DNA of 64,000 nt from a virus. The notes below the pieces were generated by a model that ran no database searches, was not told the origin of the DNA, and worked only from the letters and a program-made list of their open reading frames with translations. The stretch covers positions 1-64,000 of IMG/VR virus record IMGVR_UViG_3300037488_003551. One strand, given 5' to 3'. Shown here in pieces: positions 1-9,900 of the stretch. Position 1 is the stretch's first letter; each line of letters begins with the position of its first letter. The position numbers and the translations under genes are program-made.

Positions 1-48
1 AGCGTCCGCACTTCTTCGTGATCTTCAGTTGAGCGTTCATTCTTTGAA

Positions 49-1182
49 TTACCTCTTGAGTTTTTCTAACGTTTTCGGTCCGACAATCCCGTCGACGACG
101 AGAGATTCTGGGCGATTGTCATTACATTTCCGTTGAAAGCTGATTACGACCTCCTTTGTTTTTTCTCCGTAAATACCATCGACAGTCAGTGCGAAGCCTC
201 GGTTAACGAGAAGCTGCTGGATGTCCTTGATGGCGGGGAGAGTGGTTGCTTCAGTTTCTTTGTCGGGCTCGGTCTCGAGTCCGTACTCCGGGTTCTCGAT
301 GCAGGTATCTTGGTCATCAAACTCTTCGGAACAGATGAAGTCGTTCGATGGAAGATAAACAGTCTCTATGGCCATCTGGAAGGCTTTGAGCTCTTCCAGT
401 GGATAATCTTCGAAAACGGCAGTGTTTACGTCCGCAAATGGCCAGAGAGGTCCCATGTCGAACTTCCCCTCTTGCCACTGCGAATGCTGTGACATGCGCG
501 CGGGAGAGAGGAGGGAGTCGTCTGTCGCCCAACGAATGATGCGTTTGAGTTTGATGTTGTTCGTAACCTGATCTGCAGTGAAAGGCTGGAAAAATTTGGC
601 GCCTTTATAAGCGGGAGAGACAGGCTGGGGCGGGAGTTCTTTTACCAGTTTAGCCGGGATATTTTTCCCATTCCACATGACCCAGTCTTCTCCGATGCTG
701 CGGACAGGGCCGGCGTTCACCATCTCGATGCTCCAGCTGTCCGCGTTTCGAGCGGGAGTGTGCCAGGCCCCATGCATCAGTGGGACGATGTAGAAAGGCT
801 TCGTGTGGTAGCCGAGCACGAAATGAGTTGAAGCCCTACTTTTTGAAGAAGAACCAAACCAATTCAGCGTCGAAACATGAGAAATACCTGCGGTGAAGTG
901 GTCGATCCACCACAAAGCGGGCTTTGTCAGAAGGCGGTTAGGGTTGCACTTGGTCGTAGGATACAGAACCTTGGCGGTCTTTCCGAGTGCTTGCAGGATG
1001 CGGGCGTGGGAGTCGATAAAGAGTGCGTTCAAGCATGCACAGGCGTCTTCTTTGCTGAGTCGGATGGACTCAGACAGCTCCCAAAAGTGTTCGAATGTCG
1101 TGTTGGAAGCTAGGGCTTCACTCTCGATAAAGTCCCAGAACTTCTTCTCTTTTGTGTAATCGAGCAATCCGTCCATGCGCAT
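49..1182 (-). CDS. Endolysin: N-acetylmuramoyl-L-alanine amidase (Amidase_2-like) with C-terminal peptidoglycan-binding domain
   Basis: Amidase motifs IDHFTAG, STHFVLG, AWHTP, SIEMVN, SQH..KFDMG; C-terminal IQQLL..GF..VDGIYG..T...V..FQ...VDGIVGPKT PG-binding helices. Start re-assigned to 1182 or 1176 (GAGGTG SD, overlaps upstream stop). Confidence 0.85.
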   Translation of the reverse strand: MRMDGLLDYTKEKKFWDFIESEALASNTTFEHFWELSESIRLSKEDACACLNALFIDSHARILQALGKTAKVLYPTTKCNPNRLLTKPALWWIDHFTAGISHVSTLNWFGSSSKSRASTHFVLGYHTKPFYIVPLMHGAWHTPARNADSWSIEMVNAGPVRSIGEDWVMWNGKNIPAKLVKELPPQPVSPAYKGAKFFQPFTADQVTNNIKLKRIIRWATDDSLLSPARMSQHSQWQEGKFDMGPLWPFADVNTAVFEDYPLEELKAFQMAIETVYLPSNDFICSEEFDDQDTCIENPEYGLETEPDKETEATTLPAIKDIQQLLVNRGFALTVDGIYGEKTKEVVISFQRKCNDNRPESLVVDGIVGPKTLEKLKR

Positions 1183-2057
1183 CACCTCTTTCCTCGGCAC
1201 CGGCTGTAATAACCACAGAAGGTAAGAGAACAGTGCCAACCTGTGGGGGCACAGCGAGGGAAAATTCCCGCCTTTATGTTCCGTGCTACCTCTGCAACGT
1301 CTTCTAACAAAATCGTTTTGTCCTGTCGACTGCGTTTGCTTGTCACCGCGGTATATTTCGTACCCGTTTTTAGCCACGCAAGGAAATCGATTCTAACGCG
1401 GTCGGTGTTTTCCGCAATAGCATAAAACGTTAATTGTGGCTCATTTTCAATTCGGGAGGCAGGCCAGAGACGTTTTACTGTTTTAAGGTCGCTAACGACC
1501 TCGATCATCTGGGGATTTTCGGGGTCGTTCTCTAAACTCATGTCCGGGTTTTTCACGGAGTCGACGAGGTCGATGATACCGAGAACCGGAACTCCGCACA
1601 ATTCACGCGACCATTTAAACGTATGTTCCACTCGTACTGGATTGATGTACGGTACCGCATCATTGTAATAAGTCCTAAACATGCGGATTGCTTTATCTTT
1701 TGCGTCTCCTTGCGTCTCCTCTTCCCACTCTTCAATCGTAGGAGCCTGCTCATCAAATTTGTCGGAGACCGCGGCGGCCCCCTCTTCAATGGAGATAGGC
1801 TTGCCGTGCTTAATGGTGTGCTTGTGGGTTAGCTCAGCTCCTTTGTGCACCGCGGTTCCGCGAATTTGGGCGATGCCCGGGGGCTTTACGAGCTGCATGA
1901 TATACGCGTACTCGTACTGGCGCGGGCAGCGCTGGTAGGTGTTGTGCTGAGAAGGTGAAAGATATCCCTTGGGAAGCTCGGGGTCGAGCCAATCCTTGTC
2001 TTCCAGCTCAGTTTTTTCCGGGGTTACGGGGTCGAGGTCATCGAGCTCTTCACTCAT
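1182..2057 (-). CDS. Cas4/RecB-like PD-(D/E)xK exonuclease
   Basis: LSPSQ...CPRQY, GTAVH, GIIDLV, DLKT, QLTFY and C-terminal Cys cluster (HCSLTFCGYYSRC). No CRISPR array or other cas genes in the window. Confidence 0.85.
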   Translation of the reverse strand: MSEELDDLDPVTPEKTELEDKDWLDPELPKGYLSPSQHNTYQRCPRQYEYAYIMQLVKPPGIAQIRGTAVHKGAELTHKHTIKHGKPISIEEGAAAVSDKFDEQAPTIEEWEEETQGDAKDKAIRMFRTYYNDAVPYINPVRVEHTFKWSRELCGVPVLGIIDLVDSVKNPDMSLENDPENPQMIEVVSDLKTVKRLWPASRIENEPQLTFYAIAENTDRVRIDFLAWLKTGTKYTAVTSKRSRQDKTILLEDVAEVARNIKAGIFPRCAPTGWHCSLTFCGYYSRCRGKR

Positions 2058-2445
2058 CACGGTTGCTCCTAACGTAAATAATGGGTTCACCCGGCGGTAG
2101 GTTTGCTTCGGATTCGTTTCGTTCGCGTGTTGTAACTTCTCCGTCTTGGGAGTATTCGTACACTATCCCCTCGAGCTGATGGCTTTCAGTCATAATTTGG
2201 GCCATTTCTTCCGGAGACGATTCAGGAGGAGGCACAGGTACTTCTTTTGGAGTCGTCAGATATTGTTTTAGGTGTGGTGGATTAGGAGGTGTTACGGGAT
2301 AGATTTGCCTATTCAAACCAAAGATGTTTAGATTTGTACCAATAATGACTCGGTCATCCGGGATAAAAGCGATATGTGTAACGTCCGCGTTCAGGGCCTT
2401 GGCAAGAAGGAGTTTGAGTTCTTCAACGGTTATAATGATTTCCAC
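2050..2445 (-). CDS. Hypothetical protein
   Basis: 131-aa ORF overlapping both neighbours in the same operon. Confidence 0.6.
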   Translation of the reverse strand: MEIIITVEELKLLLAKALNADVTHIAFIPDDRVIIGTNLNIFGLNRQIYPVTPPNPPHLKQYLTTPKEVPVPPPESSPEEMAQIMTESHQLEGIVYEYSQDGEVTTRERNESEANLPPGEPIIYVRSNRDE

Positions 2446-4474
2446 TTCTTATGACCTCCGGTGAAACAGTTTCTCGGCTGATGTTGGACCGGTGTATACA
2501 CCCGGCCGCCCAGGGAATAATCTTTTCCTTCAAGCAGTCCGCGTAGCGGTTACAGAGAGCACAGCTCACTTTTTCCGTGAGCATTTTAGCGATATCTTCT
2601 CTGTTATCCAGTGCCACGAGCTGCTGAATCTCGACGCTATCCCGGGCGCACAGACGATATACGACGGTCTTCCGCGTTTGCCCTATCCGATATTCTCGGG
2701 CTCGGGATTGCAACCAGTGCTCCAGCGACCAAGATCGACTGTAATACACCGCGTAGCGAGAAGCCACGAGATTTATTGCGATGCCTGTGGATTCTTGCCC
2801 GAGATACGCGCGACAGTTAATATCCGTGCTGAAATTATTGACGAGCGTCTTTATGCGATGCGTTGATGACCCGTCTACGCGCACGTATGCGTAGTTTAAC
2901 TTTTTCAGAAGCTTCTCAATGTCATCCATCTCCGCCATCATATTTGCCCAAATGACAACTTTTTCTTCTGGGTTATCTAAGAGGTCTTCTAGAAGGTCAC
3001 TCAAGGCCTCGAGCTTAGGATTATGTGTATATCTGAGTGTGTTCTTTTCGAGCATCTCTCGAAGCTCTTCGTAGCGCTCGCACTGCTTCGTTCCTGGAGC
3101 GATACTGTTACGGACACAACGCATAACATACTGACATATGTCGCAAACTTGACCCATAGTTTCATCTTTTAGATACAGAAAACCGCTGCATATTTGGAGA
3201 AGTTTGTTTAAGCGGACGCCACCGTTGAGATTCGAAAGCTGTCCGTATTCTCCAAAGTCTAAGTCAACGCGCTTTACGAGGGCGTTATAGTCCCTGAGCT
3301 GTTCCGGAGACAGAGTAAACATTACATCCACATCTCTAAGCTCCGGTAAATCAACGCAATCATCTATAAGCTTTTCACTCGAAAGGCTGTTAATGCGTTG
3401 GCTAATGATATTGAGATGCCGGTATCCTGTTATTATGTGCGCGTTCGTAGGGGATGTAATACAGAACTTATTCGCGTATTCCATATAGTTTTCGGGGCAC
3501 ATATATTTGGCCAAGGCATTCATCTGGGGATAAAGGTCCAAAGGATTTCCCATGCTGATAGTTCCAGTGAGTAAGTAGCGCCGCGCTGCGTGTTTACAGA
3601 GCTCCATGACCGCCTTCGTACGCTTACTCTTGATATTTTTTATGCGATGAGATTCATCTAAGATAATGATTTCATACGGAAAATCTGTAAGACAAAAGTC
3701 CTTAGATAGCGCTGCGACCTTACACTTGATAGCCGCGAGGGACACTAAATTTTGATAATCATCTAGAATCTCTAGCGCATTTTTCTCTGTTAAACCCTTA
3801 AGGAGTTTTTGTACCGCGAGTGGCACAGGGAGTCGACCGGTTTTTAGGCGTTTAATCACTGGAGCTGGAACTGTGTGGACTCCGTAAAGACGTGCGGCAT
3901 CGTAGGTTGTGAGCAGAATATCACAAGGACCCGCTATAGCTTTTTCTAAAGCTTCGAGTTTCTTTTGCCGCGTGGTCCCTTTGAGAACTGCAGCTTTTAA
4001 AGAGCCGTTGGAGTGGAGCTCTATCTCGGTAATCCAATTGTCGATGGCAACTACCGGTGCGATGATAAGAGTTTTCTTGCGCAGCTTATTTAAGGCTTCA
4101 ATTGCAACCTTTGTTTTCCCTGTCCCCATTTCCCAACGTAGCGCCCAGCGATAGTTGTACAAAAGTTCTGCAATTCCTTCGTTTTGATGTTCGTAGTTGG
4201 GGTAGGGGCCGAGAGGAGGGGTGGACTGGACCTCCGACAAGAGCTCCTCGTAGGAGCGTATTTTAGACAGGTATGCCCGAGCCTCATCGCTGTACTGGAC
4301 GCCTAAAGCCGCAAAATCATTTTTTACTTTCTCCAGAAATGGGGGGTATGCGGGATACATCCAAGCATTGTATTGTTTCAAATAGGTGCCTCCGTAGATT
4401 CGAGATAAGATATCGAGATTCCCCGTGATAATAAATGCGGGAGTCCTTGCTGAGAGTACAAACGTAGCTTCCAT
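2423..4474 (-). CDS. SNF2-family (SF2) helicase with Cys-rich insertions
   Basis: EMGTGKT Walker A, DESH, LTGT, KLLQICSG, GIAINL, AREYRIGQ; CDIC/CALC pairs. Confidence 0.9.
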   Translation of the reverse strand: MEATFVLSARTPAFIITGNLDILSRIYGGTYLKQYNAWMYPAYPPFLEKVKNDFAALGVQYSDEARAYLSKIRSYEELLSEVQSTPPLGPYPNYEHQNEGIAELLYNYRWALRWEMGTGKTKVAIEALNKLRKKTLIIAPVVAIDNWITEIELHSNGSLKAAVLKGTTRQKKLEALEKAIAGPCDILLTTYDAARLYGVHTVPAPVIKRLKTGRLPVPLAVQKLLKGLTEKNALEILDDYQNLVSLAAIKCKVAALSKDFCLTDFPYEIIILDESHRIKNIKSKRTKAVMELCKHAARRYLLTGTISMGNPLDLYPQMNALAKYMCPENYMEYANKFCITSPTNAHIITGYRHLNIISQRINSLSSEKLIDDCVDLPELRDVDVMFTLSPEQLRDYNALVKRVDLDFGEYGQLSNLNGGVRLNKLLQICSGFLYLKDETMGQVCDICQYVMRCVRNSIAPGTKQCERYEELREMLEKNTLRYTHNPKLEALSDLLEDLLDNPEEKVVIWANMMAEMDDIEKLLKKLNYAYVRVDGSSTHRIKTLVNNFSTDINCRAYLGQESTGIAINLVASRYAVYYSRSWSLEHWLQSRAREYRIGQTRKTVVYRLCARDSVEIQQLVALDNREDIAKMLTEKVSCALCNRYADCLKEKIIPWAAGCIHRSNISRETVSPEVIRSGNHYNR

Positions 4475-4491
4475 CCTGTCGCTCCTTACGA

Positions 4492-4498
4492 TAGAATT
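4492..4498 (+). promoter_or_regulatory. Putative -10-type promoter (TAGAATT) for the portal operon
   Basis: The same TAnAATT motif precedes several structural genes; lies in a divergent intergenic gap. Confidence 0.5.
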
Positions 4499-4534
4499 TG
4501 GTCAGTCTCGCGGACTAAAAAAGAAAGTTGAACC

Positions 4535-6268
4535 ATGACTACGATTTCCGATACGACGTTAATGGCCACGGGTGGATTGGGTCACTCTAACCCATACTTC
4601 ACCTATAGTCAGCTCTTTGCTCCCAAGCGATTGAAGGAACTTTTCAAGATGTGCGAGTACCTGTTTTATAACAGCCCACACATCTTCGCAGCCCTTCGAA
4701 AGTTTGGAGAATATCCTATAACAGAGATTACGTATGATACGGATAATATTCAGTTAAAAGAGAAGCAGAAGAGTCTCCTAGAAAAGGTTGTCCGCGCAAA
4801 AGAATTTCTGTTGAAATCCACGCTGGATAAATATATTTATGGAAACTCCTTCACTTCTATGTACCAACCGTTCGTCCGTTATTTGACTTGTCCAAAGTGC
4901 AAGGCGGCTACGAATATCAAGTTCGTGGACTATTCTTTTACACTGCAAACTTTAACGTTTGCTTTTAAATGCCCCGCCTGCGAGCGTCAAGTAACTGTGG
5001 GTGAAGATAACGTTGAGGACCGGAAGCTGATGCTCACGAAGGACATCAACTTCATTCGCTGGGACCCCAAGTGTATCGACATCGAACACAACGTTTTTAC
5101 AGGAGAATCCGTTTACTATTATTCGATTCCTTCGGATACGGCAGCGCAGGTTCGACGCGGGCAGAAGCATATCATCGACACGACGCCCTGGGGTTTTCTG
5201 CAGGCTATCAAAGAGCACAAGCCTTTTAAGTTCGCCCCCGAGGCCCTCTTCCACATGAAATTTTGTGCGCCGGCCGGTGTGAACCCGCAATGGGGCTTGC
5301 CGCCCCTCCTCCCAGCGCTCGACCGCTTTTTCTATACGCAGGTGTTGCGTAAAGCGAATGAGGCTATTGCGCTCGAGCATCTCGTGCCCTTCCGTATCGT
5401 GTCCCCCGCGGCGACGTCGAGTAGCGGAGACCCCATCCAGTCTATCAACCTCGCCCGGTGGATAGACAACATGAAGAAGAACGAGCAGGACTGGCGCAAC
5501 GACCCGCTGCACATCATGTACGCGCCCATCCCCGTGGCTGTCTCGCAGTTGAATGGGCAAGGACGAGCTCTTCTCACCCTCGGAGAAGTCCAAGAGGCAG
5601 AGAAGTCCCTCGTGGCTGCCCTTGGAATTCCGCTCGAGTTCCTCTATGGCGGACTCACGGGTCAGGGCATGAGCGCGACCTTGCGCATGATTGAGAACCA
5701 GCTGGCGACGCATGTCAGCGACCTCACGGACCTCCTTCAATGGATGACGGATTCCTGCAGCAAGTTTTTGGGGTGGGAGTCCATTCCGGTGGGACTTATT
5801 CCTTTCCGGATGGTGGACGATAATGAAAAGAAGGGAATGCTTTTTCAGCTCTGGCAAGCGGGACTTCAGGGAATGGGACCTCAGACAATTTCGACGACAA
5901 CGATGGCCGAAATCAACGACATCGATGTGCAAAAAGAGTATGGAAGAATCAAAGAAGAGACGTTGCAAAATGCGCGTCGGACGCAAGAACTGCAGCGTGA
6001 GATGCAGAAGATTCAAAATACGATGGCCCAGCAGATTCAGCAGGAGGCCGGCGCCGGAGCTCCACAAGGCTATGACCAGCAGCAGGTCATTGCGAACGCT
6101 GACAATTTGGCACAGCAGTTTTCACAGATGGACCCCTCGACGAGAAAGAGCCAGCTTCACCAGCTTCAGATGGAAGACCTCGTAATGTACTCGGTGGTCA
6201 TTCAACGCCTTGAGCAACAACAGACCGTGGCGCGGCAGCAAGCAACCGTGCAACAGGGGGCAATGTGA
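4535..6268 (+). CDS. Portal protein with Zn-ribbon insertion and Q-rich C-terminus
   Basis: D.YIYGNSF, FIRWDP..I.I, FHMK, WGLPPLL and SLVAALGIPLEFLYGG resemble large-phage portals; first gene of the head operon; CPKC..CPAC insert. Confidence 0.75.
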   Translation: MTTISDTTLMATGGLGHSNPYFTYSQLFAPKRLKELFKMCEYLFYNSPHIFAALRKFGEYPITEITYDTDNIQLKEKQKSLLEKVVRAKEFLLKSTLDKYIYGNSFTSMYQPFVRYLTCPKCKAATNIKFVDYSFTLQTLTFAFKCPACERQVTVGEDNVEDRKLMLTKDINFIRWDPKCIDIEHNVFTGESVYYYSIPSDTAAQVRRGQKHIIDTTPWGFLQAIKEHKPFKFAPEALFHMKFCAPAGVNPQWGLPPLLPALDRFFYTQVLRKANEAIALEHLVPFRIVSPAATSSSGDPIQSINLARWIDNMKKNEQDWRNDPLHIMYAPIPVAVSQLNGQGRALLTLGEVQEAEKSLVAALGIPLEFLYGGLTGQGMSATLRMIENQLATHVSDLTDLLQWMTDSCSKFLGWESIPVGLIPFRMVDDNEKKGMLFQLWQAGLQGMGPQTISTTTMAEINDIDVQKEYGRIKEETLQNARRTQELQREMQKIQNTMAQQIQQEAGAGAPQGYDQQQVIANADNLAQQFSQMDPSTRKSQLHQLQMEDLVMYSVVIQRLEQQQTVARQQATVQQGAM

Positions 6269-6807
6269 TGAAAAGTTTTATTGACGCTATTAACGATTCT
6301 AGAGCAACGTCTATTGCCGAACCCGTTGCGCCCTTGGATAACGTAGCGATGTTCATGCCCGAAGCTAAGAGCGTCCTAAAAGGAAAACAGACAACTTTTG
6401 GGCAAGGTCTGAACTGTAACGGACATTCAAAAGTGTTCGTTCTTTGGCGTCCGTGGACTCAATGCCATCGCTGTCTTAAAAAAATAGAGCACGGAGAATT
6501 TGAGCTCCCGGATGTGGGAGACCATGAGTGTCCGCACACCATGCGTGAGGACTATGAAGCCATTTTAGATAGCGGCCTTCGGGGTGACGTTCTTTTTCAA
6601 ACACAGGAATACTTCACGCTCCATGACGGCACGCGCTGTTGCCACGCTGTTTGGTTGACTATGGATGCCAAAGTATCGGAGTTGGCCGCAAAAAGGCAGG
6701 AGGTCGCCGAGACTTTTTCCCCGTTACATTCCTCGATAATCGCGGAGATGAAAGCGGAGGCGGCGAAAAAAGAAGCCCTGGAGGCTTCTGAGGACGAACC
6801 TCAATGA
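6265..6807 (+). CDS. Hypothetical protein (Cys/His-rich, possibly metal-binding)
   Basis: Translationally coupled to portal; CHRC..HECPH. Confidence 0.6.
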   Translation: MMKSFIDAINDSRATSIAEPVAPLDNVAMFMPEAKSVLKGKQTTFGQGLNCNGHSKVFVLWRPWTQCHRCLKKIEHGEFELPDVGDHECPHTMREDYEAILDSGLRGDVLFQTQEYFTLHDGTRCCHAVWLTMDAKVSELAAKRQEVAETFSPLHSSIIAEMKAEAAKKEALEASEDEPQ

Positions 6808-6809
6808 TT

Positions 6810-6829
6810 CTGCCTCCAGGGCAGGTTTT
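6810..6829 (+). terminator. Short GC hairpin plus T tract, possibly bidirectional
   Basis: CTGCC-TCCAG-GGCAG-GTTTT between convergent stops. Confidence 0.4.
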
Positions 6830-6887
6830 AGCGACGCAGCACGGCTATTAGCAGCGCTGCCAGAATCATTGCGGGCTGGATGACCAT
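6828..6887 (-). CDS. 19-aa hydrophobic peptide MVIQPAMILAALLIAVLRR (type I toxin-like)
   Basis: Not in the ORF track; perfect SD AAGGAGGTGA 6 nt upstream; own promoter motif at 6938-6953. Confidence 0.65.
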   Translation of the reverse strand: MVIQPAMILAALLIAVLRR

Positions 6888-6937
6888 TTGTTATCACCTC
6901 CTTTCATGGGGGGTGACAGTAGTGGTCTCCTCTCTAG

Positions 6938-6953
6938 TTCTTGTACCCAAAAT
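6938..6953 (-). promoter_or_regulatory. Putative phage promoter ATTTTGGGTACAAGAA (GGTAYAAG class)
   Basis: Identical 16-mer at 48369-48384 on the + strand. Confidence 0.6.
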
Positions 6954-6964
6954 CGAGGTCACAT

Positions 6965-9900
6965 ATGAAACTGATACCTATCCTTCAAAACCCCAATGAG
7001 AAGCGTGAGCGCATCCGCGATAAAGTAATTGAAGGACTGACCGAGTCCTTTCCGATTACAGCACGTAATAAAATTATCGAGGTCACGGATGTTTCTTTTA
7101 CTCCGAGAGATTACACCTCGAACGAGCAGAAGATGGCCATCCTTCGGGGAGATTCTCTTTTTGAGACAGCGAAGGGTACGGTACGTATAAAAGATGCGAA
7201 AACAGATAAGGTTTTAGACGAGGCTAAAAATTTCACTCTCGCCCGCGTTCCGTGGTTCACTCCGCGACATACGCTCATCGTTGCTGGAAATGAATATTCG
7301 ATTGCGAACATGGTACGGCCAAAGCCAGGCGTGTACGCACGTAAGAGGGCTAATGGAATCCTCGAAGCTAGTTTTAATACTGTCGGCACCTCGAACTTTA
7401 ATGTCACCATGGACCCGGAGAAGGGAGAACCAGAGCTCGAGTACGGTTCTTCCAAAATACCTCTTTACACAATTCTCCGAGCCTCGGGAATCTCCCATGA
7501 CGCTATCGCTAAAAAGTGGGGTAGTGCACTAGCGAACGAAAATCAGAAGCGTCTTGAAAAGAATCTTCCGCAGCATGTCGACAAGCTTTATCGAAAAGTA
7601 GTTCCTGCTTACGCTATCCTTCCAGATATGACCGTGGACTCCAAGATGGAGGAGGTCCTTGCGCGGTATAAAAAGGCGACGATGGACCCAAAGGTTAATG
7701 AGAAAACCTTGGGAACAGCGTACGGGCATGTGACTCCTGATAGCCTCCTCGACGCTTCGGCAAAGGTGCTTAACATTTTTCGTAATCCCGAGGAGGTCGA
7801 TGACCGCGATAACCTCGATTTTAAATCGTTGCGTTCTGTAGAGGACTTTTTCAAAGAGCGCATTCAGCTAGACGCTCGGGATATCGGTCGACGCGCTGCT
7901 ATAAAAATAGAGAATACACCAGAGGTTCGGAAAGCTATGGCCTCGGGAGCGTTTACACCGGGCCTCGTCAAGTTCATCACAGGCTCTCAGCTCGCGGCAA
8001 TTCCTACACAGACGAATCCGATGGAGCTCATAGATACCGCGGTGCGCGTAACGTCGCTAGGCGAAGGCGGTATCAGCTCTGAACGTGCCATCCCCATGGA
8101 AGCGCGGATGATTCATCCAACACAGATTGGGGCGCTTGACCCTGTCCGTACCCCAGAATCTTTTCGCGCAGGTATCGACGTACGTGCGGCGCTATCGGCT
8201 GCACACGATAAAGATGGAAACATTTTTGTCCCGATGCTTGACACCAAAACGGGGAAACAAACCTACATACGTGCAGGAGAAATTGCAACTTCGACTGTAG
8301 CGTTCCCACAACAGGTTATGAAAGGGAAAATTTCAGCTCTGGTAAATGGCAGAATTGCTACGGTGCAAGCGAATAAAGCCCAGTATCAAATTCCCCATTC
8401 TTCGGTGATGTACGGTCCGACCTCAAACCTCATTCCTTTTATGGAGTCTCTGCAGGGTAATAGACAGCTGATGGGGTCGAAGCATCAGACGCAGGCCATC
8501 TCTCTCGTGGACAGGGAAGCTCCTTATGTGCAGGTGATGTCTCCCAGCGGTAAATCTTTCGAGCACATTATGGCTACGGTTGTGAATCCCACGTCTCCTG
8601 TAGCGGGGACGGTTGAAAAAGTAGACGGAGATTATATCTATATTCGTCCGAATGCTAAGACGGCGGCGGAAACAAAACCCGAGCTTGTCCGAGTTTCGTA
8701 CGATACATATCTCCCTATGGCAGCGAAGACATATCTGAATCATGACGTTACGGTAAAAGCGGGGGACTCCGTAAAAGCGGGAGACATTCTAGCTGAATCT
8801 AACTTCACGAAAGATAAGACGCTGGCCCTGGGTAAGAATCTTTCAGTTGCGTATATGCCCTATTACGGTGCGAATTCAAACGACGCCGTCGTTATCAGTT
8901 CCGGGGCGGCAAAAAAGTTGACGTCTGAGCGTCTCTACAAAATTGTTCTCCCGCGCGACGCTGATATCGTTTTTGACCGAACGAAACATAAGACGTATTA
9001 CGGGCATACATATGGGCACGATTATTACGGAGGAGTAGATGAAGAAGGAGTGGTAAAGCCAGGGGCAAAGATTAATGGGGGAGAGCCTGTTGCTTTTAGT
9101 CTCCGTAAATCTACACTTACTTCCGACGATATTCTTTTGGGGCGTCTGCATAAGTCTCTCGTGCGTCCATTCCGAGACGCAACACAGACTTGGGACCACG
9201 ACCACCCCGGGGAAGTGGTGGATGTCGTTAAGACTCCAAAGAGAATTGCTATAACAATTAAAACGCAAGAGCCTATGCAAATAGGAGACAAGCTCTGCTA
9301 TACCGAGGATACGGAGGTTTTAACAACTAATGGATGGAAATACATTAGCGATATTTCAAAAGAAGATATTTGCTATACACTCGATAGAGAGGGATTCATT
9401 CACCTCTGCCGCCCTACACATTTTCACGCCTATAACTCTGCTGATAAATTATTTTTGGTGCGGTCACAACAAGTGGACCTCTCTGTTACGCTAGACCACG
9501 GACAAGTCGTAAAAAAAGGTGAGGGAAACCAACTCACCCCTTCACATGAATTACTCGATAAACCTTTTCAGTTAATTCGCACAGGTACTTGGGCTCCGGA
9601 GAGAGCGTATGACGCAGATGACGCGTGGTGTGCGCTTATGGGTCTCTACGCCGTAAAAGGGCATACCAGAATTCCCGAACTCGTACAGGGAACTTTTGAG
9701 CATGTTGTTGAAATCTTTCTGCGCGAGAAGCTCCAAGAAGGAGAGAAGTTGTGGTTAGAGGGGATTTTAGGAAAATTGGGAATGACAGATAAGAGCCGTA
9801 TCGACGATGACATTCTTACGATTAATGACCCAGTTCTATATGCAGAGTGTCGGACTCTAGGAGATATCGTCGAACGGCGCCTCCCTAAATCAGTCTTTTC

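Noticed and set aside
1182-2057. Cas4-like gene as a sign of a CRISPR-Cas system
   Set aside because: No repeat-spacer array or other cas genes were seen; solo Cas4-like nucleases are common in phages.
4952-6067. 371-aa minus-strand ORF
   Set aside because: Antisense shadow of the portal gene; no motif or SD, and explained by codon bias.
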